Source: the human T2T-CHM13v2.0 reference genome, Homo sapiens. From it: DNA of 64,000 bases. The translations under genes and the position numbers were made by a program. Numbering within the stretch: the stretch's first letter is position 1; every line of letters starts with the position of its first letter. The notes beneath the pieces are model-generated. The model ran no database searches and was not told where the DNA came from. It saw only the letters and a list, made by a program, of their open reading frames with translations. The DNA lies in the NCBI RefSeq assembly GCF_009914755.1, contig NC_060942.1; one strand, given 5' to 3'. This document shows positions 15,366 through 29,294 of this stretch, piece by piece.

Positions 15366-15710
15366 GGCCGGGCTCGGTGACTCACGCCTGTAATCCCAGC
15401 ACTTTGGGAGGCCGAGGCGGGTGGATCACGAGGTCAGGAGATCAAGACCATACTGGCTAACACGGTGAAACCCCCTCTCTACTAAAAATACAAAAAAAAT
15501 TAGCCGGGTGCGGTGGCGGGCGCCTGTAGTCCCAGCTACTGGCGGGGGTGAGGGTGGGCGGGGGCTGAGGCCGGAGAATGGAGTGAACCCGGGAGGCGGA
15601 GCTTGCAGCGAGCCGAGATTGCGCCACTGCAGTCCGGCCTGGGTGAAAGAGCGAGACTCTGTCTCAAAAAAAATAAAAATAAAAATAAAAAATAAAAAAA
15701 TTAAAAAAAA
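15366..15710 (+). mobile_element. AluY with a G-rich insertion in the right arm
   Basis: Full dimer with A-tail; GAGATTGCGCC and CAGTCCGGCC variants; flanking ATCTCA repeat. Confidence 0.95.
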
Positions 15711-16734
15711 TCTCACGGCTATTAACTACTATAAATGACATCTCTGCTCTCAGAATTACCAAGGGTTCTCACTATCACTGCAAATACTTTAACTTACCTT
15801 TCTGAGAAACTGTATATCCTAACACGTTATTGCAAAACTATATTAGGTGTGAATATTCTTAGACTGGCGGCACAAAATGCTCTTAGTCATCATGTCAAAT
15901 CAAAATCGCTCCAAATTTCTGTATGTTAAGTGATCAGGTGTCATTGCATTCAGAAATAAGACTACACAATTGTTCCTTCATAATCACCTATTAAGTAAAT
16001 TAAAAACCACAGGAAATCACAGGTGGCTTCATGAGGAAAATTTATAAAAACTTTGCTGAAAGGCACAGATAGTGAGTTGCAACTGGGCTTCTGCATCATT
16101 CCCACTAACTGAAGAATTTTCCCAGGGTTATGTTTTGTGTTTGGGTGTACACATGGGGCCATGAGTTGAGGTCAGTGTTTTCCAAAGTTTGGTACCCAAA
16201 ATGATGTTAACTATACTGATGATCAAGTTTTATTTGAAGAGATATGCATTCATTTTAAAAGTTAATAAAACAATATAATTAGTATGTTAAAACTTTTGTA
16301 CTAATTTATGGATATCCTTGTTTAGGGTAAATGTAAGTAAGCATTTTTAAGTCAATTTGAGGAAAAGTATTAGTAATTTATAGAACAGATTGATGGCCAT
16401 GGCAAAATTTATGAAGGTGTTGTGATGATTAAGGCTTGAGAAACAAGGGCTGTGATTTTCCCTATTTGGGGATTCATTCTACTTTGGTCTAGTGGCGCAA
16501 ACTATTGAAGATGGACCATCCTCGACTATAAAAAGGGTCTAAAATTATACTGCCATATTTACCCCATCCTAAATGATAAATTTTTCTATGCACATGTAGC
16601 ATTCTTCATTGGGGAAATATAGAATCTTATTCAGTTAACAATGTGTAACAACTTCTTAGATAACGATATTATCACCTCAAAATTTGATATTAAGCTTTGC
16701 ACAGATAAGTTTATTCACACATTAATCTTTGGAT

Positions 16735-16895
16735 GAGATTGGGTTCCTTTGGGACATACTTGGGTATCACCCTGAACTTCTCCCTCACAGGCAGGTTCTC
16801 AACTACAGTATTCATTCCTGTGATTATCTGTCTAATATCTGTCTCTCCAACAGGACTCAAAGCTACATTGAGGGCAGGGATTGTGTCTACTTTAG
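16735..16895 (+). mobile_element. L2 3' fragment
   Basis: AAGCTACATTGAGGGCAGGGATTGTGTCT resembles the L2 3' end. Confidence 0.6.
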
Positions 16896-17204
16896 CCAAA
16901 GCTGGGATTCAACACTTTTTTTTTTCTGTATTGAATTTTAAAGTACTGTTTGTGACTAACTTAATGTAAGAAGGTAATATATTGCAATTATCAGCTTGCA
17001 TAATGGGCCATTTGTTTGTCATTGACAAAGAGACTCATTAGTCTTGAAAATGTGATAGTAGCCAAATGTATTCTTGTTGTTGCCCAAGTCTTCAACTAAG
17101 TGTGTTTGTAGACAGTGGAAAAAAGCAGGGAAAAATGGCCACTTAAATGACAAATAGAATTTTGGAATTCCTTGGCTTCAACAGACCTTAGAGACACCTT
17201 CTCT

Positions 17205-17330
17205 AACCTTTTCCTTTTATTGTTAAAATGAGTAAACTGAGGCATAGAACGGGTAGGTGGTTGATTCAAGATGACATAACAAGATAGTAGAATCAGAATC
17301 AACACCTACATTGTCTCAGGATGATTCCAT
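17205..17330 (-). mobile_element. MIR fragment
   Basis: AAATGAGTAAACTGAGGCATAGA...TTCAAGATGACA core-like. Confidence 0.55.
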
Positions 17331-20300
17331 GCTGTGTACTTTCCTTGCTGCTGCCCCCAGTCCTGACTCCCCTTGTTAATGAGGAAGTACTGTACCTGGT
17401 CAGTCTCTGCTAACTTCTGCCTCAGTGGACAGGCAGTGCCTCTGGTTTAGCCTCATCCCTGGCCTCAAGGTGTGGAAGCACAAGGTTAATGGCTCAGTCA
17501 AGGTCCCCCTCCACAAACTCCTAAGACTCAATCAAGGTGAATGAAAATCTACTCTAAGAAAAAACAATGGTATCTGGCAATCCAGGTTGCAAATAACCAG
17601 CATGGTGCTAAGATGGTGACCGCAAGAGTATGCGATCAAATGAGGGGCTTTTAAGGGGAGTTTACCAAAACCAGGTTATCCTCTGATATCATTTACAATC
17701 AATAAGGATTATTGAAAGAGACTGGATTCCTTCCATGGGAGTATATAGATGCCTTTGGCGAGTTAAGCCAAGTGGCCTTTTGTGGCATAGATCTCTTTAA
17801 ATCATCAACTGCTGGTCATTAGCAGAGTCCAAGGCAAGTAATTAATTGTAATAACCAACCACACAATTGGAATTAATGCTTTTCTTGCTCTCACATAGCT
17901 GTTTATAAATACTATAGTAAAGAGTACAGAGAAGCAAGAGGTTCATTACCCTGAAGTCCCTGAATATTATGAGATTTCTAGGATTTACAGGTAATTTACT
18001 AATCAATACTACCTGATGCAAGGGGGTGAGAATTCAACTTATTTTAATAAACTCTAAATGCATACTATGTTAAATGTGCATTAAATATATAATATGATAT
18101 TTAAAATCTTCTATCATACTTTTAAAAAAGCCATTACCTGCTATCTTACCACTATTCCTGCCACCAAAACCACCACACATCGAGCACCTACTAAGAACTA
18201 GGCACTGCACTGGGTGCCCAAGGAAAAGTCTTCATATGTCATTTAAGTAAATTCTACATCCTTCCAAGCTTATCTTATAAATTGCAACAGATGGACTGAA
18301 TATATTCAAATACATAGTCAGGGCATTGTTGTGATTTTTCACAGTGTCTGAACAAGGAGTTGTGTGTCTGACTGATTGGCAGATGCAAAATTTTCTGTGC
18401 TGTGCTAACTTCATTGGTAAAGGTTCTTTGCCTGCTTTGCATGGGTAGAAATTTTTTTCAGAAGTTGTTACTTTTGTTTTCTGTGACTGGTGATAAATCA
18501 CCCTTAATGAAGACCCTTTCCTTAGACTATTATGAAAGTCAGATTTTGCTCAGGCAAGAGATGCTGCTGGGAGACAAGTCAGCATATAAGAGTGATTCTT
18601 GCAACATGCCAATAAGATAGTCCCAAAACTATTCTGGTTAGTAATTCTGATGGTGCATCTCTACACCATAAGCAGCACCTTTGGCTAAGCTGTTGATTTT
18701 GACTGTTTATTTCAACTTCGAAAAATGATTGATGGTGCTGTTGAGATATGCACTTTCCATAAACTTTCAAATCAAATTTCATAGACTAAGATGAAGCCAG
18801 GGTGCAGTGTAATCATATTAGGACAAACAATTATAGCCCACAGATTATTTAGAATATGGCATCTTTTCTTCTTTTTCATGCTTTCGTTTTGAATACTTGA
18901 AAAAAAATGAAATTTGTTTAGCATTTGGATCTGAGGAAGCAGGATGCCTCTTTAGTGCCTGGCTCATAGACGGCACTAAAGACATAGTTGTTAAATGAAT
19001 AAAAGATGCAAATACTAGTCACTTTAAGCATAGGAACTGTTCGCCTTCCAGTAATTTATGGAAATGAAGTTTTATTAGCATCTATTTTTTCAGGTTTTCT
19101 CCTCTTCTCTTTTCCCCTTCCTTTGTCCTTTCTTCTTTTTCTTTCTTTGTTAGTGACATTTGAAAAGAAGACAGCATGTGAGGCATTAGTAAAATAGATA
19201 AATTTTTTAAAAAATAATTTATTACTATAAAAAAAGATACATGGCCTTTCACTTTTCTTTACTCATCAAAGTTTGCATAATAAAGACAGAATTTACTAAT
19301 TTTGAATTTGTTCAAATCTTTTTCCTCTTCCTGTCTTAAAGCCACTCTACTTGCCTTAAAGAAAAGAAAGCAATAAAGAAAATCTCTCTTTGATCAATTT
19401 CTTCTCCTTGACTTCTCCCTAAGAAGACTTCTGTCTTTGTCAGACCAATCTGAGGACTCATTGTGATTTAGAACCTGGAGAGTCTCATAATAAAGAACAG
19501 AGAGAAAGGAGGATGATCTGCAGAAAAGTTATGCATGTTTACTGAGAGAAAGTTTTGTAGGTTTGGTGTATGAGAAATTCTGAAGCAGCCCCAAAGTAGA
19601 GGAGAAGAGAAGAGAAGTTAAGAAGAAAAGGAAAGAAACTTTTGAGAAATATCCCTATGTGCAATGAATTACACCTCTTTCAAGTCCTGCAAGGGACCCA
19701 ATTGAATATGGAAGTTCTCTTTTAATTTCTTTGGCTATTGCTTTTACTATTATGTTATGCAAAATCTGATGCATGTGTGATTGTGATTACACATGCAGTT
19801 ATGAAAACTTTTAAAAGTTTATTTGGACCAGAAATGTGCTTTGGCACTCAACCCCTCACACAGGCAATAATCTGTTTTTTTAAAATTTAAGGTGATAGTC
19901 TAAATGGACGATAAAGTTAGAATGAGATTTTAAGGTAATAAGGATGAAGTATCCTTCAAATGTAGGAAGTTGGAAAAACATGTATCAATTAATACAAGTT
20001 ATCAAATACATTTCGCAAATTTTTAGGATTCCGACTCACTGTGTAAACTTTCTACTTCTGGAAAGGCAGGCTATTTTACTCACGAAACTAAAAAATTTAA
20101 ATGTGTAGAGGAAGAATGTAACTTATATAGTTAGAAACTTAAATTTCTTAAAGATTTAGCAATTTATAACCTTAAGGATTTATCAATATATAAACAGCCA
20201 GGAAACTCAGTCAGACATTATTCTTAGTAATGGTTGCCATCATCATCCAGACCATTAATTGAATTATAGATTTTTTCAACTGCTTTTATTTGCCTCTGAG

Positions 20301-20523
20301 GAAATAAAGACAGTCCCATGCTGTGTGGGACTAATTCTAAGAGTAAAATTAGTTGAGCCTCAACTTTGAACAACATTATTGACTAAGGATCATTCTTCTT
20401 AGTTTCCCGTCTTAATGATTAGCTCCATTTGAAAAGTAGCTCTCTAATTTTGTTAATGCCATTATTGGAGTTGGATAAATTCGCCTACTAGCCCAACCAA
20501 TTTGTTCCTATTTTGTTGTAATT

Positions 20524-20537
20524 GTTGTCTTAGCAAC
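20524..20537. promoter_or_regulatory. Candidate RFX X-box
   Basis: GTTGTCTTAGCAAC is close to the X-box palindrome GTTGCCATGGCAAC, in apparently non-repeat DNA. Confidence 0.4.
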
Positions 20538-23459
20538 AGCTTCTTATTCTCTCAGACTTTGCACATGACCTTTGGAAAACACATTTATAACTTGTGTACT
20601 AAAGCTTTCCCCCTTCTAGATTATTTTGAATGCATGATAATTTATTCCCAACTATGTTGAAATAAGAATTTATTTAGTATTTATAGTTTGTTTTCTGGCT
20701 AATGGTAAAAAATTTAGGAGTAAAGCCTAAATTAAAGCATTGCTTATTTGTATAACACATCCTTTTACTTTGCAATGCCTGTCAAAAAGCAGAAATCATA
20801 TAATTTTCTTTCTTAATTTTGATAAATTTCACAATGAACAATTTACCAGTCTATCGCAGTTGGCAAGTTAATCTACCTGCTTACTACCCTATTTCCATAA
20901 AATAACCTTTTTATTTACCTAGATCTTTTTCATCAATAAAAAGGAAAATAATCCTAGCACTTTGGTTCCACTTAAATATCTCACTAGGTTATATATGTGT
21001 ACATGTGGGTGGGTGGGCACTGGAAGACAATGCTGGACAATCTGTGACCGACATAGCTTAAATGTGGCATCAAAGGATGGAGTGGGTTTCCACAGATGGG
21101 AAAGGCCATTGGGAAGAAAAAAGGTGAAGTGTGAAAAATGGCCAGAGAAGGTGAGGGCCCTGGGGGAATGGAGTATATGATTATGTGGAAGAATAGTGAA
21201 GTGGTCTTGAAAGGTAAATAGTGACTATACGTCAAATTGTTATTAAATACTCACCTATAGACTTAGAATTCTATGACTATTTTATAAGCAATGAAGAGTT
21301 ACTGAAGTTTCCGCCAGTGGTATCATGGGGACTTATTTTAGGAAAATAACTTTCTCAGCAGTATCAAAAGTGGACTAGGAAAGAACAGAGCTGATGAGGG
21401 TTCCCTGGCTTTGGTCGCCTGTTCAGTTCATTGTATAGTGTGACTGCTTGGGTATCATCTTGTTCCCTGCTTTTTACATAAAAACAGCAAAGACTTGTAT
21501 TGAGAATTTTCTAAGCTCTCATTGTTTATGGGTCAATTCTGTCAGTTAAATGCTCTCTGGAATTATACAGATGCTGAAATACTATTGCTGACATGCAGGC
21601 TTAGGTAATACACTGCAGCTAGAATAAAAGCCCTGAAAACTTTTGTCTTCCTAGTGTGCTTCCTATCCAAGCATCTGTTAACAGCTCTGGAGTGCACATG
21701 GTCTTTAGCCGACACTTCTCATGGCACTGATGAAGAGGAAAGATGGCTACCACATCATCCTACAGGACATTCCACAGAGATAGCCACAACTTTTCTGAGT
21801 CATTTCAGGGAAAACTTATGAGGACTTGATAAATACCTATCTCCAGAACTTTAATCTAATGGAATGTGTTTCCTTCTAAATGTGTTGTGTTTGGAGGATA
21901 AGAGTCTTGGTGAAGGGCAACTGTGGACAACAATGAAGCGGATCTTGCAGATTCCCCATCATGTGCATTTCTGCTTTGTGTTCTAGTTACACTCAATCTC
22001 ACGTCCACGTTATTACTCAGGGCTTGTTTCTCTTGGTTCCCAGTCTACTTGTCCAGTTTCTCAGAAATGAGTCTTCCATTTATCCTAAGCAGTTCTCTTT
22101 GAAACTTCCTAATGTCAACAATCTACCCACCTAGACACCTAACTATTGCCTGTTCCCAGAGTTCTCTGTTGACCTATTCTACTTGTTTGCTGGGACACCC
22201 ACTAATTATTCCTTATTAGGCCTGCATGACTCTTGTAATCATGGTTCACCTGCCTGTGTAGCTCTCCCCTCACAGCTGTGGCTGGATCTATTTCCAAATA
22301 CATGTCTCTGCTGAGGTGTTGTGTTGTGTCTCAAAATTCCCTGGTTTGACTTTTTAAAAAATCATCAGTCAAGCCAGTATTCTTTAGGACTTTTTATATA
22401 AAATGATGTCAACACGTACATTATTGTATAGCAATAAGCAAATGAGATTTTTCTAGTGTGGGCAAGTATTTAAATGGTATGTCACTAACATATTAAATTA
22501 TTTTTCACTTTGATAGAGCTTTACCTGATAAAAACAGGTAATTTCTTTAAAAGACGGGATTTAGATTGCACATTTACACATACTGAAAGATAGATTAGGG
22601 GCAGGAAGAATGAAAAGAAAAAAATGCATCCAATTAGAAATATGAAATTTTCTGTCCCAAAGAATTCTTTTCTCTTCAAGACCATCCTATTTCACTTTTT
22701 ACAAAGAAACATCTCAATATTTGTGGACAAGTTGAAAGGGAAGGAAGGAATCATGGAGATGTAAGAAAAATGATCACTTCTTATCCTACCAATCAGAAGT
22801 CATTATGATTAATTAAACTGCAAACATAACATAATATAAAGATACACTTAGTCTTTCATATTGGGACACAAAAATTATTCTTTGTTTTTTGTTTTTTAAT
22901 TCTGGTCCTTAACAGGACAGAGGGTGGAGTGAACTGAAACTTTATTTTTCCTAGAAATTTTAAACTAAAATATCTTTTAAAATTTGCTTCAAAGTTTATA
23001 ATAACTGTTATTCTACTTCTCTATACTACAGTCCTTACTACGCAGAACTGCACTGTCACACATTGATGGACACACCAAAATATCACGTGACAACTCTCAA
23101 GGCAGTAAGGGATAATTGTATGCTGAGGAGGTCAGAAGTCTTGAGTTGTAACCAAAATTAGATGCCTGTTGTGTTTCTAACAAATCCCACTACACAGCAA
23201 GACTTATGTAGAAAATAAGCAAAGCACAGGAAAGCAGATGATACTGCAATATCAAGAATTCATGCCCACACCTGGGATGGCCTCCAGCCACCTGGGAGCT
23301 GGCGCATAAGTTAAGTTCTTAATTAAGACACCAGCACCTTTTTTTTTTCTCCCTGCAAACCCATAGGACACAAGCTGTTGGTTCTTGGGATTTATTGTCT
23401 CTATTTTACCCTGAAAAGTGGTATTTTTCTATGGTATGAAAAAGCTTGGGTTATTTTAA

Positions 23460-23825
23460 ATTGTGCTGAGAAGTCGCTCATTTTCGCTTTGGATTTATGC
23501 GGCAAAATACTAAGTGATATAGCTGCTGTCTTGAGCGTAGAGAGGAAAGGGCATGCAGCCACAGTTGAAGACTACGCAAAGCGTTTGACTGATCCAACTG
23601 AGATCTGTGTTTATGTCATTGTTCAGTCCCAATGTAGCTGCGACAGCTTGTTTATTTCAAGGGAGAGCAGGGCCATGCGCGCACTGACTGCTCTAGTGCC
23701 AGATCTAATTGGTGCTGACGCCAGCTGCTTGACTCCCATCACGATCTATCTGAATCCGTTCATCACTGCTGCTTCATTTGTCTGACAGGGGCTCCTGGTG
23801 AATTATAAAATTGGTTCCGACAACT
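23460..23825. promoter_or_regulatory. CpG-retaining unique segment, candidate enhancer / conserved non-coding element
   Basis: About 13 CpGs in about 360 bp of non-repeat DNA, with FOX, SOX, homeobox, E-box and MEIS-like motifs. Confidence 0.5.
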
Positions 23826-24411
23826 TTTTTTTTTTAACCTCAAGGCTGTGCCCCAGTTACCTAGGTGAGTTTGACAGTCTGATGTTTCTCTTCATAATCA
23901 GGGATGGTTCAAGGCAGTCAGACCCTGAGTCCTTGGCACCGTGGAGAGAAGTTAGGCCTCTATGTCTTATCCATTAGCAGGAGGGGAAGCTCTCGGATGA
24001 GCACAGAAATGGGAAAGTCCAATTTCCTTTATTTAGGTATAAGCAGAGTTGAGTCATTTATTACCAGGGTGGTCTGGGAAGGCAGATGGAGAAAGACAGA
24101 GCTTTTGTCTCAGGGTTTCAACACATTAAAATAAATCCTACTATAAAAGTGTAAAGATTCAATGTAGAGTTCCTCACCAGAGTGTTTTTAGCCCAGTCTT
24201 TTTTTTTTTTTGGATTATTCCTGCCACTTGAAAAAAGGTTTGTTTTGCCAATTTGCTACTTCTTTAGCCTGGTTGTTTTCTTACCACTTAGGGGTCTAAA
24301 TATTTCCTCCTGTTTGACACTGTCTAGTATTTCCTCGTTTGCATGTGATGATTTTTTTTTTCTATTTACCTCTTTCTGTTCCTTTTATAGTTTTCGGATT
24401 CCCTGACATTT

Positions 24412-24850
24412 CTGTATTAATCAGGGTACTTTATAAAAACCAGAAGTATCTAACTCAAACTGGCTAAAACAATGAAGATATTTACTTTCTCTGAAAGTGC
24501 AGGCCCCAGGCTAGTTACTCTCTGGGCCACCTGTCATCATGTAACCAAATTACTTCCAGTTCCCTGCTCTGGCAATCTCAGGCTGGAGTAATGGTAGGGC
24601 TTACTTTACAAAGATTATAGGATGGTCCAGCAAGGCCTCAGTTGTTTCTAGGTTGCACATATAGAAACACACTACCTAGAGGGAAAAGAGTGGGGAACTG
24701 GGAGGGAACACTGTTCATTCTCAAATGAGGTATGACATGTCTCCCAGCAGACATCCCCTCATGCTTCAGAGGCCAAATTCAGATCACATGCCAATTTCTT
24801 CATCTGTGGACAGCTAGAGCATTGCTGACCTAGGACATTGTTGAGCTAGG
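24412..24850. mobile_element. Old MaLR LTR (MLT1J/K/L-like)
   Basis: TGTATTAATCAGGG...AACTCAAACTGGCTAAAACAA terminus and GGCCAAATTCAGATCACATGCC internal motif. Confidence 0.55.
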
Positions 24851-24867
24851 GCATTGTGACCTAAGGC

Positions 24868-25050
24868 TAGTGGTTCTGAAAGTGTGGTTTTGGACCAGAA
24901 GCATCAGTATCACCTGGGAACTTGCTAGAAATGCAACTTCTCAGGCTGAGCCCCAAACCTACATTTTCAGAAACTCTGGAGATAGGAACCAGCAATCTGT
25001 GCTTTAACCCTCCAGTGATTTTGATTCAAGTTCAGTTTTGACTTCCACTG
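24868..25050. mobile_element. MER5A (hAT-Charlie MITE)
   Basis: AGTGGTTCT...GCATCAGTATCACCTGGGAACTTGCTAGAAATGCA...CCACTG termini. Confidence 0.85.
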
Positions 25051-26335
25051 ATCGTCCTGGATAGAATGGCTTTAAAGTCTATCAGTGTGGCTTCTCCACC
25101 ATCTCTTGTGAGAAGAAATGAGTTGCTGAAGTCATAGAGAGGTCTACAAAGAACAGGGCTCCCTGATGCTGCGGGGCTGATGACCATGAGAGAACAAACC
25201 TTATTTGTAGGTAACTTCTTTGATGTGAATGAACCCAGGAGAAACAGCACATGGGACTATTATCTGCTGGATCTTCCATTATCATCAGAAACCACCCTAT
25301 GTCCTGCTTTCTAAGACACCATAAATTATAAGAAACACCAGCAATTTAATCACCACTTTTCAGATAATTAGTGCATACATTGACCTTACAGGGTTTTGGA
25401 AATGCAAAAATGTGAAAGATTTAGAAATTATAAGAAAATTGAATTATATTTTATCCTTCTGTGGTAGAAATGAGAGTTGAGTCTTGAAGCTTTAGAGTCT
25501 AGGCCAGTCAGGGCAGAACTACACTGCTCAGGAGGGACAGGCATGGGGGAGCACTTCCTTGCTTCCAGGAAAGTATTTTGAGTAGCAAGAAAATGACACA
25601 AAGCCCCTTACACACATAAGAATTCAAGAGTGCCACACAAACTTAAAACAGTTCAAGATCACCCACTGAAGTAAACTGAATTGCTGTCTGTGATGATTAA
25701 GTTTATGTGTCAACTTGACCAGGCCATGGGATGCCCACATAGCTGGTTAAACATTATTTCTGAAAGCATCTGTCAGAATGGTTCTGCAACAGATTAGCAC
25801 TTGTATTGGCAGACGACACATCACCCTCCCCAAGGTGAGTGGGCATCACCTAATTCAGTGAGGGCCTGAATAGCACAAAAAGGTGAGAAAGGTTGACTTT
25901 GCTCTTAGGCATTGCTCTTCTGCCCTTGACTCGTGGCTCTGAGGTCTTCAGACTTGGACTGGAATCTACACCATTGGCTTTCCAGCTCTCAGACCTTCAA
26001 ATTATACCATCAGCTTTCCTGGGTCTCCAGCTTACAGATGGCAGATCATGGGTCTTCTCACTCCATAACTGTTGTGAGCTGATACCTTAAAATAAATTTC
26101 TTTCTAAAAATATACATATAGATATATATTTTTATATATTTACATATGCGTATAAATATATTAATAATGTATATATTATATTAATAAAACATATAACTAT
26201 ATTTATATTTATACTTATATATACCTACATGTATATATATATGGTATTGGCTCATGTTATTATGAAGGCTGAGAAGCCCCATGATCTACCATCTGCAAGC
26301 TGGAAACCCAGGATGTGTATGTGTGTGTGTATAAC

Positions 26336-26631
26336 AGAAGTGTTTCAGATTTTAAATTTTTTTGGATTGTGGAATATCTGCATATACATAATTAAATATC
26401 TTAGGGATGGGACCGCAGTCTAAACACAGACTTTATTTATGTTTTATATACACCTTATAAACACACCTTGAGGGTAATTTTATACAATATTTTAAATAAC
26501 TTTGTGCATAAGGCAAAATTTATGTTAAGTACTTATGTGTGGAATTTTCCACTTGTGGTGTCATGTCAGTATTTAAGAAGTTTTTGACTTTGAATAATTT
26601 TGGATTTCAGGATTTTAGATTAGGGATATTC

Positions 26632-26634
<3 letters not shown>
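26336..26634. mobile_element. Tigger4/MER46-type DNA transposon
   Basis: AGAAGTGTTTCAGATTTT...GGAATTTTCCACTTGTGGTGTCATGTCAG...GATTAGGGATATTCAAC. Confidence 0.75.

Positions 26635-26672
<38 letters not shown>
26635..26672. repeat. (GT)19 microsatellite
   Basis: Direct reading. Confidence 0.97.
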
Positions 26673-26674
<2 letters not shown>

Positions 26675-26963
26675 GATACATATATATTATATATATATAA
26701 TCTATTGATTCTGTTTTCTTGGAAAACTTTAATAAACTTCCTGACACAAAACTCTAAGTCTTGAAATAAAACCACCTATATTTTGTTAGTCATGCAGTCA
26801 AGAAGCAAAAAAAATAAAAATAAAAATGCTTAGAGTACATCACATATAAATGATTAATTTTCAAAATGGCAACGCATTTCCCATAAGTAGTCCATACATC
26901 CCTAAGAATATGACTTATCTTCTTTCTGGCAATTTGCTGCCTATATCTTTTTAAAAATCAATT

Positions 26964-27324
<361 letters not shown>

Positions 27325-27521
27325 TCAGTAACAAAAGTAGTTTAAATAATTCATTTTAGTCAAATATCTTCTAGTCATTTTCTTTACTCAGCTGGTATCC
27401 CACTTAACTCAAATGTTATATTTGTTTTTATTTCTCAGTATGTGTTTTTCTACTTTAAAAGGAAAAATAAAAAACTATTAATATGCCTCATTTAATAATT
27501 GTTAAAACCTATTTAGCAACC

Positions 27522-27864
27522 TGACATGGTCTGAATGTTTGTGTCCCCCTAATAGTCATATGTTGAAATCCTAACCCCAAGGCCTTGGGAGGTAATTAGG
27601 TCAGGAGGGTGGTGCCCTTGGGAATGGGATTAGTGCCCTTTTAAACAGACCCCAGAGAGCTCACTTGCTCCTTAAACCATGTAAAGACACAGCAAGAAGG
27701 TGCCATCTCTGAGCTAGAAAACAGCTCCTCACCCAGACACTGAATCTATTGGCACCTTGATCTTAGACTTCCCAGTTTCTAGAATGATGAGACATAAATT
27801 TCTGTTGTTTACAAGCTCCCCAGTTTACGGTATTTTGTTGTAGAAGTCCAAATGGACTAAGACA
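27522..27864 (+). mobile_element. MLT1A-like MaLR solo LTR
   Basis: TG...GGACTAAGACA termini; 5-bp TSD (C/T)AACC. Confidence 0.88.
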
Positions 27865-28922
27865 TAACCGTTGCTGGTCACATAAACCAACTTGAGGTAC
27901 TTAAATTCAAATTTAGTTTAATATAGCTAATGAGCTATATCAAATGGTGAATTTGTAAAAATTTTAGCATTTTGCAAATAGAAAAACAAGTCTTAATTAG
28001 ATTATACACAGCTCTGCATGAAAATTTAAATGTTAGGGGTGAACATAATGCAAACACTTACTTTATTTGTTAATGTTGTTAATCTAAGTAATACTGCTCT
28101 TGGACCTAGATAAAGCTGATGTAAATACAGCAGAGGATATAAAGAGACAAACTGACATAATGCAAACTTGCTTAGTGGACTGAAGTTTGAAAATGAGTGA
28201 ATTTTTGTGTTATAATGTTATATGTTATGCACTAGGTGATGTTTTATGTTTGAGGATTATGACCCAATTATAACGACGGAATCTTTATAAGTGAAAAAGA
28301 GTTGAAGTAACATCTAAGTATATAGTCTTCTATCCCAAAACAGAACTGTACTTTATATAGACGAGATGGTTGTCTGTCCTATTTTTAAATTCCTCTGAGG
28401 ATTCTATGAACTTCCTCAATACATTTTAGTGTTTAATTACACCCAGCTAAGATGTTTTTCCTTATATTTAATCAAGTTTTTTCAGAGTCTACTTTTTCAA
28501 AACTAACAGCTATACTGAGGTATAATTTGCACACCATACAATTCATCCACTAAAAGTATACAAATTCAGTGGTTTGGGGAATTATGCACAGAGTTGTACA
28601 ACCATCACCACTATTTTATTTCAAAACACTTATCAATTGTCCCCAAAAGGAACTCTATAGATATTAGCAGTCAACCCTCAGCCTGTGGCAACCACTAATC
28701 TACTTTCTGTCTCTATGGGTTTGCCTATTCTGGGCATTAATATATATGAAATTATACATGTGACCTTTTATGTCTGGCTTCTTTCACTAAGCATGATGTT
28801 CTTAAGGTTCATCAATGTTGTAGCATCTATCAGTACTTTTTTATGGCTGAATATCATTCCCACTGTATAGAATACCACATTCCACATTTTATGCAGAATA
28901 CCACATTTGGATACGTGGGTAC

Positions 28923-29294
28923 TGATGTGATTTGGCTGTGTCCCCACCCAAAATCTCATCTTGAACTGTAATCCCCATAATCCCCACGTGTCAAGGATGG
29001 AACCAGATGGAGGTAATTGAATCATGGGGGCATATTTCCCCATGCTGTTCTCATGATAGTGAGTCTTACGAGATCAGAAGTTTTGTAAGTGCCTGGCATT
29101 CCCCCTGCTTGCACTCACTCTGTCCTGCTGTGCTGTGAAGAATGTGCTTGCTTCTCCTTTACCTCCCACCATGATTGTAAGTTTCTTGAGGCCTCCCTAG
29201 TAATGTGGAACTGTGAGTCAATTAAACCTCTTTCCTTTATAAATTACCCAGTCTTGGGTGTTTCTTCATAGCAGTGTGAGAACAGACTAATACA
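28923..29294 (+). mobile_element. THE1D-like solo LTR
   Basis: TGATGTGATTTGGCTGTGTCCCCACCCAAAATCTC...ATTAAACCTCTTTCC...GACTAATACA. Confidence 0.92.

Larger units (their letters stand above)
25689..26735 (+). mobile_element. MLT2 (ERVL) LTR interrupted in its TA-rich tract
   Basis: 5' TGTGATGATTAAGTTTATGTGTCAACTTGAC; 3' CTATTGATTCTGTTTTCTTGGAAAAC; nested pieces at 26243-26672. Confidence 0.8.

Noticed and set aside
23378-23785. 135-aa non-repeat ORF as a novel gene
   Set aside because: TTG start, no recognisable domain or exon support; region reported as a regulatory candidate instead
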